Numbered from the stretch's first letter, positions 1 to 10,928 are shown. The stretch is 64,000 bases of DNA from an uncultured Flavobacteriaceae bacterium (GCA_964353005.1 CAYGUC010000008.1:17579-81578); one strand, 5' to 3'. Notes: a model not told the origin generated them from the letters alone. Numbers and translations: made by a program.

Positions 1-1
1 A

Positions 2-2014
2 GAGACAGCTAAGTTTTTTGACGGTGTTCTAACAGCTAATGCTAGTGTAATGGCATCTACACAAGAAATTAAAAATAGAGCTATTTCTGGTTTATATTTT
101 AATCCTTTAGTAGGAGTATATAACTTTGATTCTGCAAATGAAAGACTTTCTGATTATGAAAATTTCGAACAATTTGATCCTTCCAGAAATATTATGTCTC
201 AGCGTTGGTTTAGAGGAACGTCTGATATTGAACAAAATCCATACTGGATTTTAGAGCGTAATCCAAGTGAAGATAATAATCAAAAACTATTAGCTTCTTT
301 AAATCTTAATTTTAAAGTTAACGAATGGTTGTCACTTCAAACCAGAGGGACTTATGACAAATCGCAACTAGGTTTTGAACGTAAAATTTATGCTACTACA
401 GAAGCTACATTATCCCCTGCAACAGGAAGGTATATTGTTAATGAGCAAGAAAACACTCAACTATACGGGGATTTAATTGCTAATATTGATTATAATATTT
501 CAGAAAACATATCGTTAACGGCAAACGTTGGTACTAGTACGACTAAAACTAATATAGAAATATTTAATGCAGATTCTGGAACCAACGGAGGTTTACAATT
601 TGCTAATGTTTTTTCTTATCAAAACTTTAATGCTAATCCTTCTGTATCATTTACTCAATCTTCTCTAGAAAGTAGAATAAATTCTGTTTTTGCTAGTACT
701 ACTATTGGGTTTAATGAAAAAATATTTGTGGATTTGACAGCAAGAAATGATTGGACATCAACACTTCCAAAAGAAAACAACTCTTTCTTTTATCCATCAG
801 TTGGTGTAACTGGTATCTTGAGTGAATTATTCGATTTAGGAGACAAAATTAATTTCGCAAAACTTAGAGCTTCTTATGCCGAAGTAGGTAATGGTTTTAA
901 TATTGATGCTATCTCTCCTAATCAAAACATTCTTTTTGGTGGTGGAGTAAATCCTCTTGATCCATTAAGACCTTTTCCAGGAACTGTTCCTGAACCAGAA
1001 AGACAAAGATCTTTTGAAGTAGGTACAGAATGGAGATTTTTGAATAGTCGTTTAGGAATTGAATTAGGATATTATCGTACAAGTACTATTAATCAATACT
1101 TCCCCTTCCCTGTATCAACTACTATCGTATCAAGAGGTACTGCAGGACTAAATTCGGGAGATATTGTTAATACTGGATTTGAAGCTGTTGTATTTGGTGT
1201 ACCAATTCAAAATGAAAACTTTAAGTGGACTACAACGGTTAATTTTGCAGCTAATGATAATGAAGTAAGAAAAATTTACGACGGAACTGTTCTTGAAGGT
1301 CTAATAGAACCAGATTTCTTTACGGTATCTCCTAAGGGAGTAAATACATTTGGTTCTTATTTAGTTGCTGGTGGCTCTTTTGGAGACATCTATACGCAAG
1401 TAGTAAAAAGAGATGCTAATGGAAGACCCGTTGTGGATAACGGTTCTATTGTAATTAATGATCAAAATCCAAATAACGTTATCGATGCTTTAGAAAAAGT
1501 AGGAAATGCAAACCCTGATTTTACTTTAGGATGGAATAACTCGTTTGAATATAAAAACATCACCTTAGATTTTTTAATTGATGGAAAATTTGGAGGAGAA
1601 ACTGTAAGCCTTACCGAAGCTATTGTTGAAGGGATTAGTAATAATACTGACAGAGAAACCTCTAATGGCACCATAGAAGTTGTTGACCTTAATGGAACAC
1701 CTTCTACCATCAGTGCTCAAGAATATTATGGTCTTGCAGGAGGTAGAAATGGTTTTACTGGTGAGTATGTATATAGCGCTACTAATGTTAGACTTGCAGA
1801 GTTAGCAATTGGTTATAGTTTTAAATTAGGAGAAAATTCCTTCTTTAAAAGAATTAAGGCATCATTAGTAGGAAATAATTTATTCTTCTTCTATAAAGAT
1901 GCTCCTCATGACCCAAATGTTACGTTAAGTACAGGAAACGCTTTACAAGGAGTAGACATTCTTGGTCTACCATCGACAAGAAGTACTGGTCTTAATGTTT
2001 TATTAACATTCTAA
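2..2014 (+). CDS. SusC-type TonB-dependent outer-membrane receptor, C-terminal barrel portion (5' end outside window)
   Basis: The frame is open from base 2, with no stop before the Met at 50. The sequence is long and beta-strand-rich and ends ...GLNVLLTF, a terminal aromatic typical of OM barrels. A SusD-like gene follows 13 bp downstream. Confidence 0.85.
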   Translation, partial: ETAKFFDGVLTANASVMASTQEIKNRAISGLYFNPLVGVYNFDSANERLSDYENFEQFDPSRNIMSQRWFRGTSDIEQNPYWILERNPSEDNNQKLLASLNLNFKVNEWLSLQTRGTYDKSQLGFERKIYATTEATLSPATGRYIVNEQENTQLYGDLIANIDYNISENISLTANVGTSTTKTNIEIFNADSGTNGGLQFANVFSYQNFNANPSVSFTQSSLESRINSVFASTTIGFNEKIFVDLTARNDWTSTLPKENNSFFYPSVGVTGILSELFDLGDKINFAKLRASYAEVGNGFNIDAISPNQNILFGGGVNPLDPLRPFPGTVPEPERQRSFEVGTEWRFLNSRLGIELGYYRTSTINQYFPFPVSTTIVSRGTAGLNSGDIVNTGFEAVVFGVPIQNENFKWTTTVNFAANDNEVRKIYDGTVLEGLIEPDFFTVSPKGVNTFGSYLVAGGSFGDIYTQVVKRDANGRPVVDNGSIVINDQNPNNVIDALEKVGNANPDFTLGWNNSFEYKNITLDFLIDGKFGGETVSLTEAIVEGISNNTDRETSNGTIEVVDLNGTPSTISAQEYYGLAGGRNGFTGEYVYSATNVRLAELAIGYSFKLGENSFFKRIKASLVGNNLFFFYKDAPHDPNVTLSTGNALQGVDILGLPSTRSTGLNVLLTF

Positions 2015-2027
2015 AAAAAGAATAAAT

Positions 2028-3638
2028 ATGAAAAAAATTAGTAAACTATTTATATATATAGCAGTAATGAGTTTAATCATTACTTCTTGCGGAGATGACT
2101 TAGAGGATTTAAATCAAAATCCGCGAAACATTACAAATGAACAATTGGAAGGTGATTTTCAAAAGTTAGGATCAAGATTTAAGCCCATTTTTGAAAACAT
2201 ATACCAATATTCGCCTGCTTGGTCATACCAATTACAACAAAATCTTAACGCAGATGTGTATTCTGGTTATTTAACAAACCCAAGACCTTTTGTTGCAGGA
2301 GCTAATAATTCTACTTACAATTTAGTTAGTGGTTGGAATAATTTTATTTGGACAGTACCATATTCTAATGTAATGAATAACACTTCATTTATTGTGAATA
2401 ATGGAGATAACGACCCTACTCTAAAAGCTGTAGCATTAATCCTGCAAGTAGAAGCTATGCATAGAGTTTCTGATGTTTTCGGTCCTATAGTATATTCTAA
2501 TTTTGGAGATCTTACTAATGCTGGTAAATATGACTCTCAAAAAGAAGCATATACTAACTTCTTTACGGATCTGGATACAGCAATAGCTCTATTAGAAGCT
2601 GATTTAGATAACGGAAGCTTTACTGCATTTGATTTATCGTATGAAGGAAACTATACGAACTGGGTAAAGTTTGCCAATTCTTTACGACTACGTTTAGCTA
2701 TTCGTATTTCAAAAGTAGATCCTGCTAAAGCAAAAACAGAAGGAGAAAAAGCCTTAAACCATTCTATAGGAGTTATTGAATCTAATCCAGAAGGTTTCTT
2801 TGTAAATGGAAGTTTAGATCATCCTTTAAGAACAATAAATAATGCTTGGGGAGATATCAGAATGAATGCCTCTATGGAATCCATATTAATCGGTTATGAA
2901 GATCCAAGAGCAGAAGCTTTTTTTAGTGAAATAGTACCAGGTGATAATGAAACTGTATCTGTAGTACCTGGATCTTTAAAAGGTGTTAGAAATGGATTGC
3001 CATTATTATCAGGATATGCAGACGAATTGGCTCAAAAAGCAGCATATGTTAATTTTGGAGTCATAAATAACGATATAACAACTTCTAGAGTACAGTTAAT
3101 GACTGCAGCAGAAGTATATTTCTTAAAGGCTGAAGCTGCATTAAGAGGTTGGGATGGTGCAGGAGATGCACAAGCAAATTATGAAATGGGAATATCTACC
3201 TCATTTGATCAACATGAAATTTCTGGTGCTGCTGCTTATATTGCCAATAACTCATTAACTCCAATGGATTATGTAGATCCTGTTAATTCAGCAAACAGTA
3301 TCGCTGCTTTAAGTAATATAAAAATTGCATGGGACGGTGCTGCTTCTGATGAAGAAAAACTAGAAAGAATAATTACTCAAAAATGGATAGCAATGTTCCC
3401 AGAAGGACAAGAAGCCTGGAGCGAGTATAGAAGAACTGGATACCCTAAAATTTTTCCTGTTGTTAGTAACCAAAGTGGTGGTACAATTGATACTGATATA
3501 CAAATCAGAAGAATCCCATTTGTAGATAGTGAACTATCAACAAATGCTGCTGGTGTTTCTGATGCTGTTACCAAACTTAAAGGTGCAGATAACGGAGGTA
3601 CCCGTCTTTGGTGGGATGTTCCTGGTGGAAATTTTTAA
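2028..3638 (+). CDS. SusD/RagB-family nutrient-binding outer-membrane lipoprotein
   Basis: Lipoprotein signal with lipobox (LIITSCGDD). Size of about 535 aa and position directly after the SusC-like gene. The TPR-like helical composition is typical of SusD homologs. Confidence 0.85.
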   Translation: MKKISKLFIYIAVMSLIITSCGDDLEDLNQNPRNITNEQLEGDFQKLGSRFKPIFENIYQYSPAWSYQLQQNLNADVYSGYLTNPRPFVAGANNSTYNLVSGWNNFIWTVPYSNVMNNTSFIVNNGDNDPTLKAVALILQVEAMHRVSDVFGPIVYSNFGDLTNAGKYDSQKEAYTNFFTDLDTAIALLEADLDNGSFTAFDLSYEGNYTNWVKFANSLRLRLAIRISKVDPAKAKTEGEKALNHSIGVIESNPEGFFVNGSLDHPLRTINNAWGDIRMNASMESILIGYEDPRAEAFFSEIVPGDNETVSVVPGSLKGVRNGLPLLSGYADELAQKAAYVNFGVINNDITTSRVQLMTAAEVYFLKAEAALRGWDGAGDAQANYEMGISTSFDQHEISGAAAYIANNSLTPMDYVDPVNSANSIAALSNIKIAWDGAASDEEKLERIITQKWIAMFPEGQEAWSEYRRTGYPKIFPVVSNQSGGTIDTDIQIRRIPFVDSELSTNAAGVSDAVTKLKGADNGGTRLWWDVPGGNF

Positions 3639-3676
3639 TCCAGAAAATAGAATTGAAGTAGCCAATATATAATTTG

Positions 3677-3718
3677 AAAGAGATGGATAGATTACATAAA
3701 CATCTAATCCATCTCTTT
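3677..3718 (+). terminator. Candidate stem-loop downstream of the susD-like gene
   Basis: aaagagatggat (3677-3688) pairs perfectly with atccatctcttt (3707-3718). The 18-nt loop is long, so this is a weak terminator call. Confidence 0.4.
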
Positions 3719-3774
3719 TCAACCAAAGCCTTGAAATAATAGAAACAATTAAAAACTATCAAACTCTTGAGAAA

Positions 3775-5688
3775 ATGATTCAGGAAATTGAATATAAACA
3801 GGTAGGACAATTTGAAAAATCGAAGTTTGAGAAAATTCATAACGAAATATTCCCTGACTCATCGATTGCCTCAAAACTCGTTGCTAACGAAATAGCAACC
3901 CTAATCAAGCAAAAACAACAAGAAGGTAATCTATGTGTGCTAGGTTTAGCCACAGGATCTTCTCCTATAAAGGTATATGAAGAACTCGTGAGTTTACATA
4001 GATCTGGGGAATTAAGCTTTAATAATGTAGTAACTTTCAATTTAGATGAATATTATCCTATGGATACTGAGCATCAGCAGAGTTATTATCATTTTATGCA
4101 TCAACATTTATTTGATCATGTAGATATTAATCCAGAAAACATAAATATTCCTGATGGTACTGTACCTCTTGAAGAAATGGATCAATATTGTATTGATTAT
4201 GAAATGAAAATCAAGCAATATGGAGGTATCGATTTTCAGCTTTTAGGAATTGGAAGAACAGGACATATTGGTTTTAATGAACCAGGATCTCATCCAAATT
4301 CTGGTACTCGAATCATCACATTAGATCATGTAACAAGATCTGATGCTTCTTCTGATTTTAATGGTTTGGAAAACGTCCCTAAAAAAGCAGTTACCATGGG
4401 GATTAGTACCATTATGAAATCTCGTAGAGTATTGTTACTGGCTTGGGGACATAAAAAAGCTACTGTAGTAAGACAAACGATAGAGGGGCAAATAATGCCT
4501 AGTATACCTGCTTCTTTTTTACAACAACATAAAAATACTACTATCATACTGGATGACGAAGCGGCCTCTGAACTTACTCGTACAAAAACACCTTGGCTGG
4601 TAGATCAGTGTATTTGGAAAGAACAATTGAAATTTAAAGCAGTTACCTGGTTAAGTCAAGAAATAAACAAACCTATTTTAAAACTTACCGATAAAGATTA
4701 TAACGATAACGGTATGTCTAGCTTGCTTGCTGTTGAAGGCTCTTCTTATGATTTAAACATTAAGATTTTTAACAAGCTACAACATACCATTACTGGTTGG
4801 CCAGGTGGTAAACCTAATGCAGACGATACTAATCGACCAGAAAGAGCCGAACCTGCTAAAAAAAGAGTGCTTATTTTTAGTCCACATCCAGATGATGATG
4901 TGATATCTATGGGTGGTACTTTTTTAAGATTGATCGATCAAGGGCATGATGTACACGTAGTTTACCAAACTTCTGGAAATATTGCTGTTACAGATGATGA
5001 AGCTTTAAAATTTGCAGAAGTTGCCAAAGCTTTTAAAGCTAATCAAGATACCTCGTTTGATAAGGCTATTGAATTTCTTAAGTCTAAAAAACAGGGAGAT
5101 ATAGATATCCCAGAAGTACGATCTATCAAAGGATTAATACGCCGAATGGAATCTTTAGGGGCCACTAGATATTTTGGTTTATCAGATAAAAAAGTACATT
5201 TTTTAGACTTGCCTTTTTATGAAACTGGTAAAATAAAGAAAAATCCTCTTGGAAAAGAAGATGTAAAAATTACAGAAGATATTATTAACCAAATAAAACC
5301 TCATCAAATATATGCTGCAGGAGATTTAGCAGATCCTCATGGAACTCATAAAGTTTGCTTAGATGCAATCTTTGCTGCTGTAGAAAATCAAAAAAACAAT
5401 ACCTACATGGAAGATTGTTGGGTATGGCTTTATCGAGGTGCGTGGCAAGAATGGGATGTATCAGAAATCGAAATGGCAGTGCCATTAAGCCCTCTAGAAG
5501 TAAGTAAAAAAACCAATGCTATCTTATACCACCAATCCCAAAAAGACAGAGTTATGTTTCAAGGCGAGGATTCTCGAGAATTCTGGTTAAGAGCTAGAGA
5601 AAGAAATCGAAATACAGCAGAGCTGTACGATAAACTTGGTCTGGCAGATTATGAAGCAATAGAAGCTTTTAAAAGATATATTTTTTAA
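3775..5688 (+). CDS. nagB: Glucosamine-6-phosphate deaminase, long form (NagB domain fused to an LmbE/PIG-L-like domain)
   Basis: The N-terminal half has NagB motifs (GLATGSSP, LLGIGRTGHIGFNEPGS). The C-terminal half has the LmbE/PIG-L signature (IFSPHPDDDVISMGGT). Confidence 0.9.
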   Translation: MIQEIEYKQVGQFEKSKFEKIHNEIFPDSSIASKLVANEIATLIKQKQQEGNLCVLGLATGSSPIKVYEELVSLHRSGELSFNNVVTFNLDEYYPMDTEHQQSYYHFMHQHLFDHVDINPENINIPDGTVPLEEMDQYCIDYEMKIKQYGGIDFQLLGIGRTGHIGFNEPGSHPNSGTRIITLDHVTRSDASSDFNGLENVPKKAVTMGISTIMKSRRVLLLAWGHKKATVVRQTIEGQIMPSIPASFLQQHKNTTIILDDEAASELTRTKTPWLVDQCIWKEQLKFKAVTWLSQEINKPILKLTDKDYNDNGMSSLLAVEGSSYDLNIKIFNKLQHTITGWPGGKPNADDTNRPERAEPAKKRVLIFSPHPDDDVISMGGTFLRLIDQGHDVHVVYQTSGNIAVTDDEALKFAEVAKAFKANQDTSFDKAIEFLKSKKQGDIDIPEVRSIKGLIRRMESLGATRYFGLSDKKVHFLDLPFYETGKIKKNPLGKEDVKITEDIINQIKPHQIYAAGDLADPHGTHKVCLDAIFAAVENQKNNTYMEDCWVWLYRGAWQEWDVSEIEMAVPLSPLEVSKKTNAILYHQSQKDRVMFQGEDSREFWLRARERNRNTAELYDKLGLADYEAIEAFKRYIF

Positions 5689-5726
5689 ACATTTATGTTT
5701 GTTTGTTAGAGAGTTGTACTCACAAA

Positions 5727-5767
5727 ATCCTCCCTCAACACTAAGTGTTGAGGGAAGGATTCTTTTT
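5727..5767 (+). terminator. Rho-independent terminator after nagB
   Basis: GC-containing stem atcctccctcaacac / gtgttgagggaaggat with a 3-nt loop, followed by tcttttt. Confidence 0.7.
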
Positions 5768-5840
5768 AAGAATATTTTTCTTCAAACACGTTACAATAAA
5801 AGTTTCTTACATATATAAAGTAATTAATAAACGATAGTTA

Positions 5841-6713
5841 ATGATATTATTTGCAGATAGTGGTTCTACCAAATGTGATTGGGTTCTGGTTACTGAAAAA
5901 GGACAACCAATTTATAAAACAAAAACAGATGGTATAAACCCTATTTTACTTTCTGATAATGCTATTCAAAGTATTGTGCAAAAAGCAGATTTGATACTAC
6001 AAAAAAAACACCTAATAAACGAAGTACATTTTTATGGTGCAGGATGCGGAGAAGTAGAAACTAAAAAAAGAATACAATTAGTATTACAAACTATATTCAA
6101 CAAAGCAAAATTTATAGCTGTTGAAGAAGATATAATAGGAGCTGTAAAAGCTACAACCGAAAAACCTAGCATTGTTTGTATTTTAGGTACGGGGACAAAT
6201 TGTTGCTATTTCGATGGTAAAAAAGTGGTTCAAAAATTTCCAGCTCTTGGATATCTACTAGCAGATGAAGGAAGTGGGAATTACTTTGGAAAAATATTAC
6301 TTAAAGATTACTTTTTGGGCAGAATGCCTATGGACTTAGCAATATTATTTAAAAGTGATTATAAACAAGAACTGGATCACCTTTTGGATAAATTATATAG
6401 TATTGACAATCCTAGTAAGTATTTAGCCTCTTTTGCTCAATTTCTTTTCAAAAACCGTAGAAATAAATACATAGAAGATATTTTACATGAAGGTATCTTA
6501 AAATTTATAAACACATATATTTTTCAATATAAAGAAGAAGTATCTAAATATCCTATACACTTTGTAGGTTCTGTGGCCTATTATTCTCAGGATATTATAC
6601 AAAAATTATTAAATGACAGAGGATATCAGGTAAAGAGTTTTGTTAAAAAACCAATAGATCATTTAGTAATTCGCAACATCAAACATAGAACTCTTCAAAA
6701 ACTAAGTCAGTAA
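5841..6713 (+). CDS. BadF/BadG/BcrA/BcrD-type ATPase, probable N-acetylglucosamine kinase
   Basis: ASKHA-fold phosphate motifs (LFADSGSTKCDW, ILGTGTNCCYFDG, ADEGSGNYFG). Located in a GlcNAc-utilisation context. Confidence 0.75.
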   Translation: MILFADSGSTKCDWVLVTEKGQPIYKTKTDGINPILLSDNAIQSIVQKADLILQKKHLINEVHFYGAGCGEVETKKRIQLVLQTIFNKAKFIAVEEDIIGAVKATTEKPSIVCILGTGTNCCYFDGKKVVQKFPALGYLLADEGSGNYFGKILLKDYFLGRMPMDLAILFKSDYKQELDHLLDKLYSIDNPSKYLASFAQFLFKNRRNKYIEDILHEGILKFINTYIFQYKEEVSKYPIHFVGSVAYYSQDIIQKLLNDRGYQVKSFVKKPIDHLVIRNIKHRTLQKLSQ

Positions 6714-9016
6714 TGAATTTACGAATTATACCAATATTTTTCTTGATTTTAATAAGCTGTAAAAGTCCAGAAAACACTTCCCCTTTAATAGATAAATCTC
6801 TTCATATTACTCCTAAACCACTTAGGGTAAATAAAAAATTAGGAGGATTTGAAATTAATAAAAACACTTCGTTTACGTATACAGAAGAATCCTCTAAGAC
6901 TATTGTAAGTTTTTTTACAGAAAAAATAAAAGAACTAACTGGCCATTCTTTTTCTATTAACACTAATAAGAATGAAAAAAATAGCATTCAATTTATCAAA
7001 GATAGTACGCTTATCTTAAATAAAGAAGAGTACCACCTATCCATATCTACAGAAGGAGTAAAAATAATTGCAAATACTAATCAAGGATTATTTTATGGAA
7101 TGCAAACCTTCATGCAACTTTTGCCTATCTATTCTGATAACAAATCACAAATGCAATTGCCCTTTCAAATTCAGGCTTTGGATATAGAAGATGCCCCTCG
7201 GTTTGGCTGGAGAGGGATGCATCTGGATGTTTCGAGACATTTTTTTTCTATCGATTTTATAAAAAAACAATTAGATGTTTTATCTCTTTTTAAAATAAAT
7301 AAATTTCACTGGCATTTAACAGATGATCAAGGTTGGCGAATAGAAATAAAAAAATATCCTAAACTTACTACAATTGGATCTATACGAAAAAATGAAGATG
7401 GATCTATACACCAAGGATACTATACTCAAGAAGAAATAAAAGAAGTTGTACAATATGCAAAAGATCGTTTTATAGATGTAGTACCTGAGTTTGATACTCC
7501 TGGTCATGCCGCTGCTATTTTAGCAGCCTATCCAGAACTTTCTTGTAAAGAAGAAAAATATGAAGTACGAAATTTATGGGGTGTAGAATCTAGCATACTA
7601 TGTCCTACAAAAAAAGAAACATACACCTTTATCGAGGATATTATTAAAGAAATGACAGCTCTTTTTCCTTATGAATACTATCATATGGGTGGTGATGAAG
7701 TCCCAAAAGACCAATGGAAAAACTCTACAGAGTGTCAAGAATTGATGAAAAAAGAAGGATTAAAAGATGAAAAAGAGCTTCAAAGCTATTTTATGGCTCG
7801 GGTAGAAAAAATCTTGTCAAAATATCAAAAAAAGATGATTGGTTGGGATGAGATTTTAGAAGGTGGCATCACTCCTACTACAAGTATTATGTCCTGGCAA
7901 GGGGAAGAAGGAGGAATTAATGCTGCCAATAAAGGTCATGATGTTATTATGAATCCCTCACAATACTGCTATTTTAACTTTTATCAAGGGGATTCTAAAG
8001 CAGAACCATTAGCTTTTGGAGGATATATTCCTTTAGAAAAAGTATATACTTATGATCCTATACCTAAAGAAATTGAAGAAGATAAGAAAAAACATATTCT
8101 GGGAGCACAAGGAAATATATGGACAGAATATACTTATGAAGAAGAAACAATAGAATATTTACTATACCCTCGTATCCTGGCTTTAGCCGAGATTACATGG
8201 ACTGCAACAGAGAATAAAAGCTTTGACGATTTTCTAAATAGATTGAACAGTATCTATGAGGTATTAGATCACTATGCAATTAATTATCATATACCACTAC
8301 CCGAAGGTCCTACTTCTAACAAAATGGTATTTATAGATAGTATTGCTGTACCATTTACCACAACACACCCTATAAAAATGGTATATACTACAGATGGTAC
8401 AGATCCTACTATAACTAGTACAGTGTATGAAAAACCATTACATTTTACAGAAACAACCGATTTACGAATAGCTTCTGTATTACAAAATGGTAAGATGAGT
8501 ACTATTAGAAAAATAAAAATAACAAAAGAAAAAGCCATCCCTCCTGCTACTGTAAAAAAACTATCTAAAGGATTGATCTTAAAAGAAACTAAAGGGTATT
8601 TCAAAAGTATGGAAGATGTTCCAAATGATACTAAAGTCAATACTTCTGTCGTTAAAACCATTGAGGATTCGAATATCACATATCACTGGGGACATGAAGT
8701 GAAAAGAGACAACTTTAAAGCGGTCATTCTAAATGGGTATTTAGAAATCCCAGAGGATGGTGTATACTATTTTTCTAGTCGCCAAGATCAGGTATGGATA
8801 GCAGATCAATTAATCATTGATTATAAAGAAGAATTAAAAAAACATCCAAAAGAAAATTCAATAGCCTTACAAAAAGGAAAACATAAACTTAAAATTATAT
8901 ACTTAAACAATATTGCAAAAGGCTGGGCTACCGATTGGAATACTGTGGAATTAAAATATAGAAAAGCATCTGAAGTCGATTATCATACCGTAGATGAAAA
9001 TATGATTTTTCATTAA
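6713..9016 (+). CDS. GH20 beta-N-acetylhexosaminidase with a C-terminal PA14-like domain
   Basis: GH20 catalytic motifs (RGMHLDVSRHF, FHWHLTDDQGWR, HMGGDEV). Lipoprotein-type signal (LILISCKS). The start overlaps the stop of the preceding gene. Confidence 0.9.
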   Translation: MNLRIIPIFFLILISCKSPENTSPLIDKSLHITPKPLRVNKKLGGFEINKNTSFTYTEESSKTIVSFFTEKIKELTGHSFSINTNKNEKNSIQFIKDSTLILNKEEYHLSISTEGVKIIANTNQGLFYGMQTFMQLLPIYSDNKSQMQLPFQIQALDIEDAPRFGWRGMHLDVSRHFFSIDFIKKQLDVLSLFKINKFHWHLTDDQGWRIEIKKYPKLTTIGSIRKNEDGSIHQGYYTQEEIKEVVQYAKDRFIDVVPEFDTPGHAAAILAAYPELSCKEEKYEVRNLWGVESSILCPTKKETYTFIEDIIKEMTALFPYEYYHMGGDEVPKDQWKNSTECQELMKKEGLKDEKELQSYFMARVEKILSKYQKKMIGWDEILEGGITPTTSIMSWQGEEGGINAANKGHDVIMNPSQYCYFNFYQGDSKAEPLAFGGYIPLEKVYTYDPIPKEIEEDKKKHILGAQGNIWTEYTYEEETIEYLLYPRILALAEITWTATENKSFDDFLNRLNSIYEVLDHYAINYHIPLPEGPTSNKMVFIDSIAVPFTTTHPIKMVYTTDGTDPTITSTVYEKPLHFTETTDLRIASVLQNGKMSTIRKIKITKEKAIPPATVKKLSKGLILKETKGYFKSMEDVPNDTKVNTSVVKTIEDSNITYHWGHEVKRDNFKAVILNGYLEIPEDGVYYFSSRQDQVWIADQLIIDYKEELKKHPKENSIALQKGKHKLKIIYLNNIAKGWATDWNTVELKYRKASEVDYHTVDENMIFH

Positions 9017-9068
9017 CGTATCCTAATTACTTCTTATAACTACACACAAACTCTAAAATTATTTAATT

Positions 9069-10901
9069 ATGAACTTGCTTAAAAAAATAACTGCTGTTAT
9101 TCTATTACAGGTCTGTTTTTTTTCCTGTACTACAGAAAATTTTCTCGAAGAGGAGAATTTAAACACACAAAATGTAGAATCTACCTTTACCGATAAAGCT
9201 GCTTTAACAGAACCTATTATTCTAGGATATTTTCCTTCTTGGTCAGAAAGCTATCCAGTAGAGGGAAAAGGTTCTAAATTAAGAGATATCCCTAAACATG
9301 TTACCCATGTATTTTTAGCATTTGCCAAACCAAATCTTAGATATCAAAAAGGTTCTTTAGATATAACCAATACAGGAATCCAAACTCCTTATGGTGGAGA
9401 TATTTTAAAAGAATCTGTAGCTGCTTTAAAATCAAAAGGCACAAAAGTTATTTTGTCTATAGGTGGGGAAACCTATTGGGGCAGTGATGCTGCTTATGAT
9501 ATCAATTACCAGCAAATTAAAGATTTGGTAGATGATATGGGTTTTGAAGGTATTGATTGGGATTTTGAACCTAATGGCACATTTGCAACCATAGGAAATC
9601 CTGTTAATGTACAACGTTTTATTGATTTCTTTAACAACTCCAGAGCGATCATGCCTAAAGGGCAATACTTATTAGCTTGCGCTCCTGCGGGTGTTGGAGC
9701 ATTAGGAGGTTTAAACAACGACGATCCTTCCTCTCCTTTTGCTTATGGTAAAAGAAATGCTGTAACAGGAGAATCGGATACTAATCTATACAATGCAACC
9801 ACTCCAAATCAAGCAATAAGTCTATATGGCTTTGCTACTACAGGACATATGATACCAGTTATGAAAGCCGTTGGAGATAAAATTGATCTTATTGCTTATC
9901 AAGGATATAACACAGGAGCTGCAAGTAACCGAAAAATAATGTATGATGCTTACAAACATTATTCTGATCAATATGGTTTTTCTATTGCTGCTGGAATTCA
10001 TTATCCTAATGAACCTTGGGGGCCTTATTATGAATATACTTACCAAAATGTAGCAGATCTTTCTGGGCATATCGCTACCAATAATACTACGTATGATGGT
10101 ATTATGATTTGGCAGCTTTTACTTGGTAACAATTCCTCTTCTGCATACGGCTATCTCTACGTTGCAAGTGAAATATTAAGTGGCGTTTCTTCATCACAAG
10201 CAATAGCTAATGCAGAAAATTATCCTCGATCTCCTTACACCGGAGGAGGTGGTGGTAATGGTTCTGGATGTAAAGCTGCTACATGGTCTGCCACCAAGAT
10301 TTATAATACAAACCAAGAAGCTGTTTACAACGGTAAATTATACAAGGCGAAATGGTGGACACAAAATGATAATCCTGCAACCAATTCTGGTGACAGTAAA
10401 CCTTGGGAGTTTGTTAAAGATTGTGATGGTACAGGAGGAGAAAATCAATCTCCAACAGTATCTATTACTTCTCCCACTAATGCCCAAAACATAACCCAGG
10501 GACAAGCCATTACTATAACTGCAAATGCAACCGACACAGATGGAACCATCTCTAAAGTAGAATTCTACCAAGGGAATACTAAGTTAGGAGAAGATGTATC
10601 CAGCCCATATAGTTATACTTGGGCTAATGCTGCTGTTGGAAACTATAGCCTAACCGCAATCGCAACAGATAATGCTAATGCTACATCTACATCTGCTGCT
10701 ATATCTATAACCATTACCACTGGTGGTGGCAACGGAGGATCTTGTACTGGTATCCCAAATTGGGAAGCGTATCCAACTGTGTATAATATCGGGGATCAGG
10801 TAGTATATCAAGGCATTTTATACGAAGCTCAATCCGGACCAATTTGGGTAACTCCTGGTAGTGGTGAGCATTGGTGGAAAACCATAAAAAGTTGTAATTA
10901 A
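9069..10901 (+). CDS. GH18 chitinase with two chitin-binding (CBM5/12-like) modules and an Ig-like module
   Basis: GH18 DxxDxDxE motif (FEGIDWDFE). CBM-type motifs (AVYNGKLYKAKWWTQNDNP and VVYQGILYEAQSGPIWVTPG). An Ig-like segment lies between Gly-rich linkers. Confidence 0.85.
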   Translation: MNLLKKITAVILLQVCFFSCTTENFLEEENLNTQNVESTFTDKAALTEPIILGYFPSWSESYPVEGKGSKLRDIPKHVTHVFLAFAKPNLRYQKGSLDITNTGIQTPYGGDILKESVAALKSKGTKVILSIGGETYWGSDAAYDINYQQIKDLVDDMGFEGIDWDFEPNGTFATIGNPVNVQRFIDFFNNSRAIMPKGQYLLACAPAGVGALGGLNNDDPSSPFAYGKRNAVTGESDTNLYNATTPNQAISLYGFATTGHMIPVMKAVGDKIDLIAYQGYNTGAASNRKIMYDAYKHYSDQYGFSIAAGIHYPNEPWGPYYEYTYQNVADLSGHIATNNTTYDGIMIWQLLLGNNSSSAYGYLYVASEILSGVSSSQAIANAENYPRSPYTGGGGGNGSGCKAATWSATKIYNTNQEAVYNGKLYKAKWWTQNDNPATNSGDSKPWEFVKDCDGTGGENQSPTVSITSPTNAQNITQGQAITITANATDTDGTISKVEFYQGNTKLGEDVSSPYSYTWANAAVGNYSLTAIATDNANATSTSAAISITITTGGGNGGSCTGIPNWEAYPTVYNIGDQVVYQGILYEAQSGPIWVTPGSGEHWWKTIKSCN

Positions 10902-10928
10902 CAATAAATAAGATAGTTTTTGATTGTT

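Noticed and set aside
1462-1710. Antisense or alternative-frame ORFs of 60 to 130 aa nested in large genes. Examples: 1462-1710, 3377-3840, 8287-8679, 9432-10070, 10210-10571, 19562-19819, 23493-24342, 26369-26581, 28115-28306, 29848-30584, 32101-32304, 33607-34155, 35003-35206, 38434-38772, 40844-41074, 44828-45076, 47440-47823, 49840-50103, 54532-54996, 58113-58337, 59592-59906, 60425-60811, 61526-62331, 62913-63442
   Set aside because: Each is fully embedded in a longer ORF with clear family motifs on the other strand or frame. Such shadow ORFs are expected in AT-rich DNA. None has recognisable motifs.
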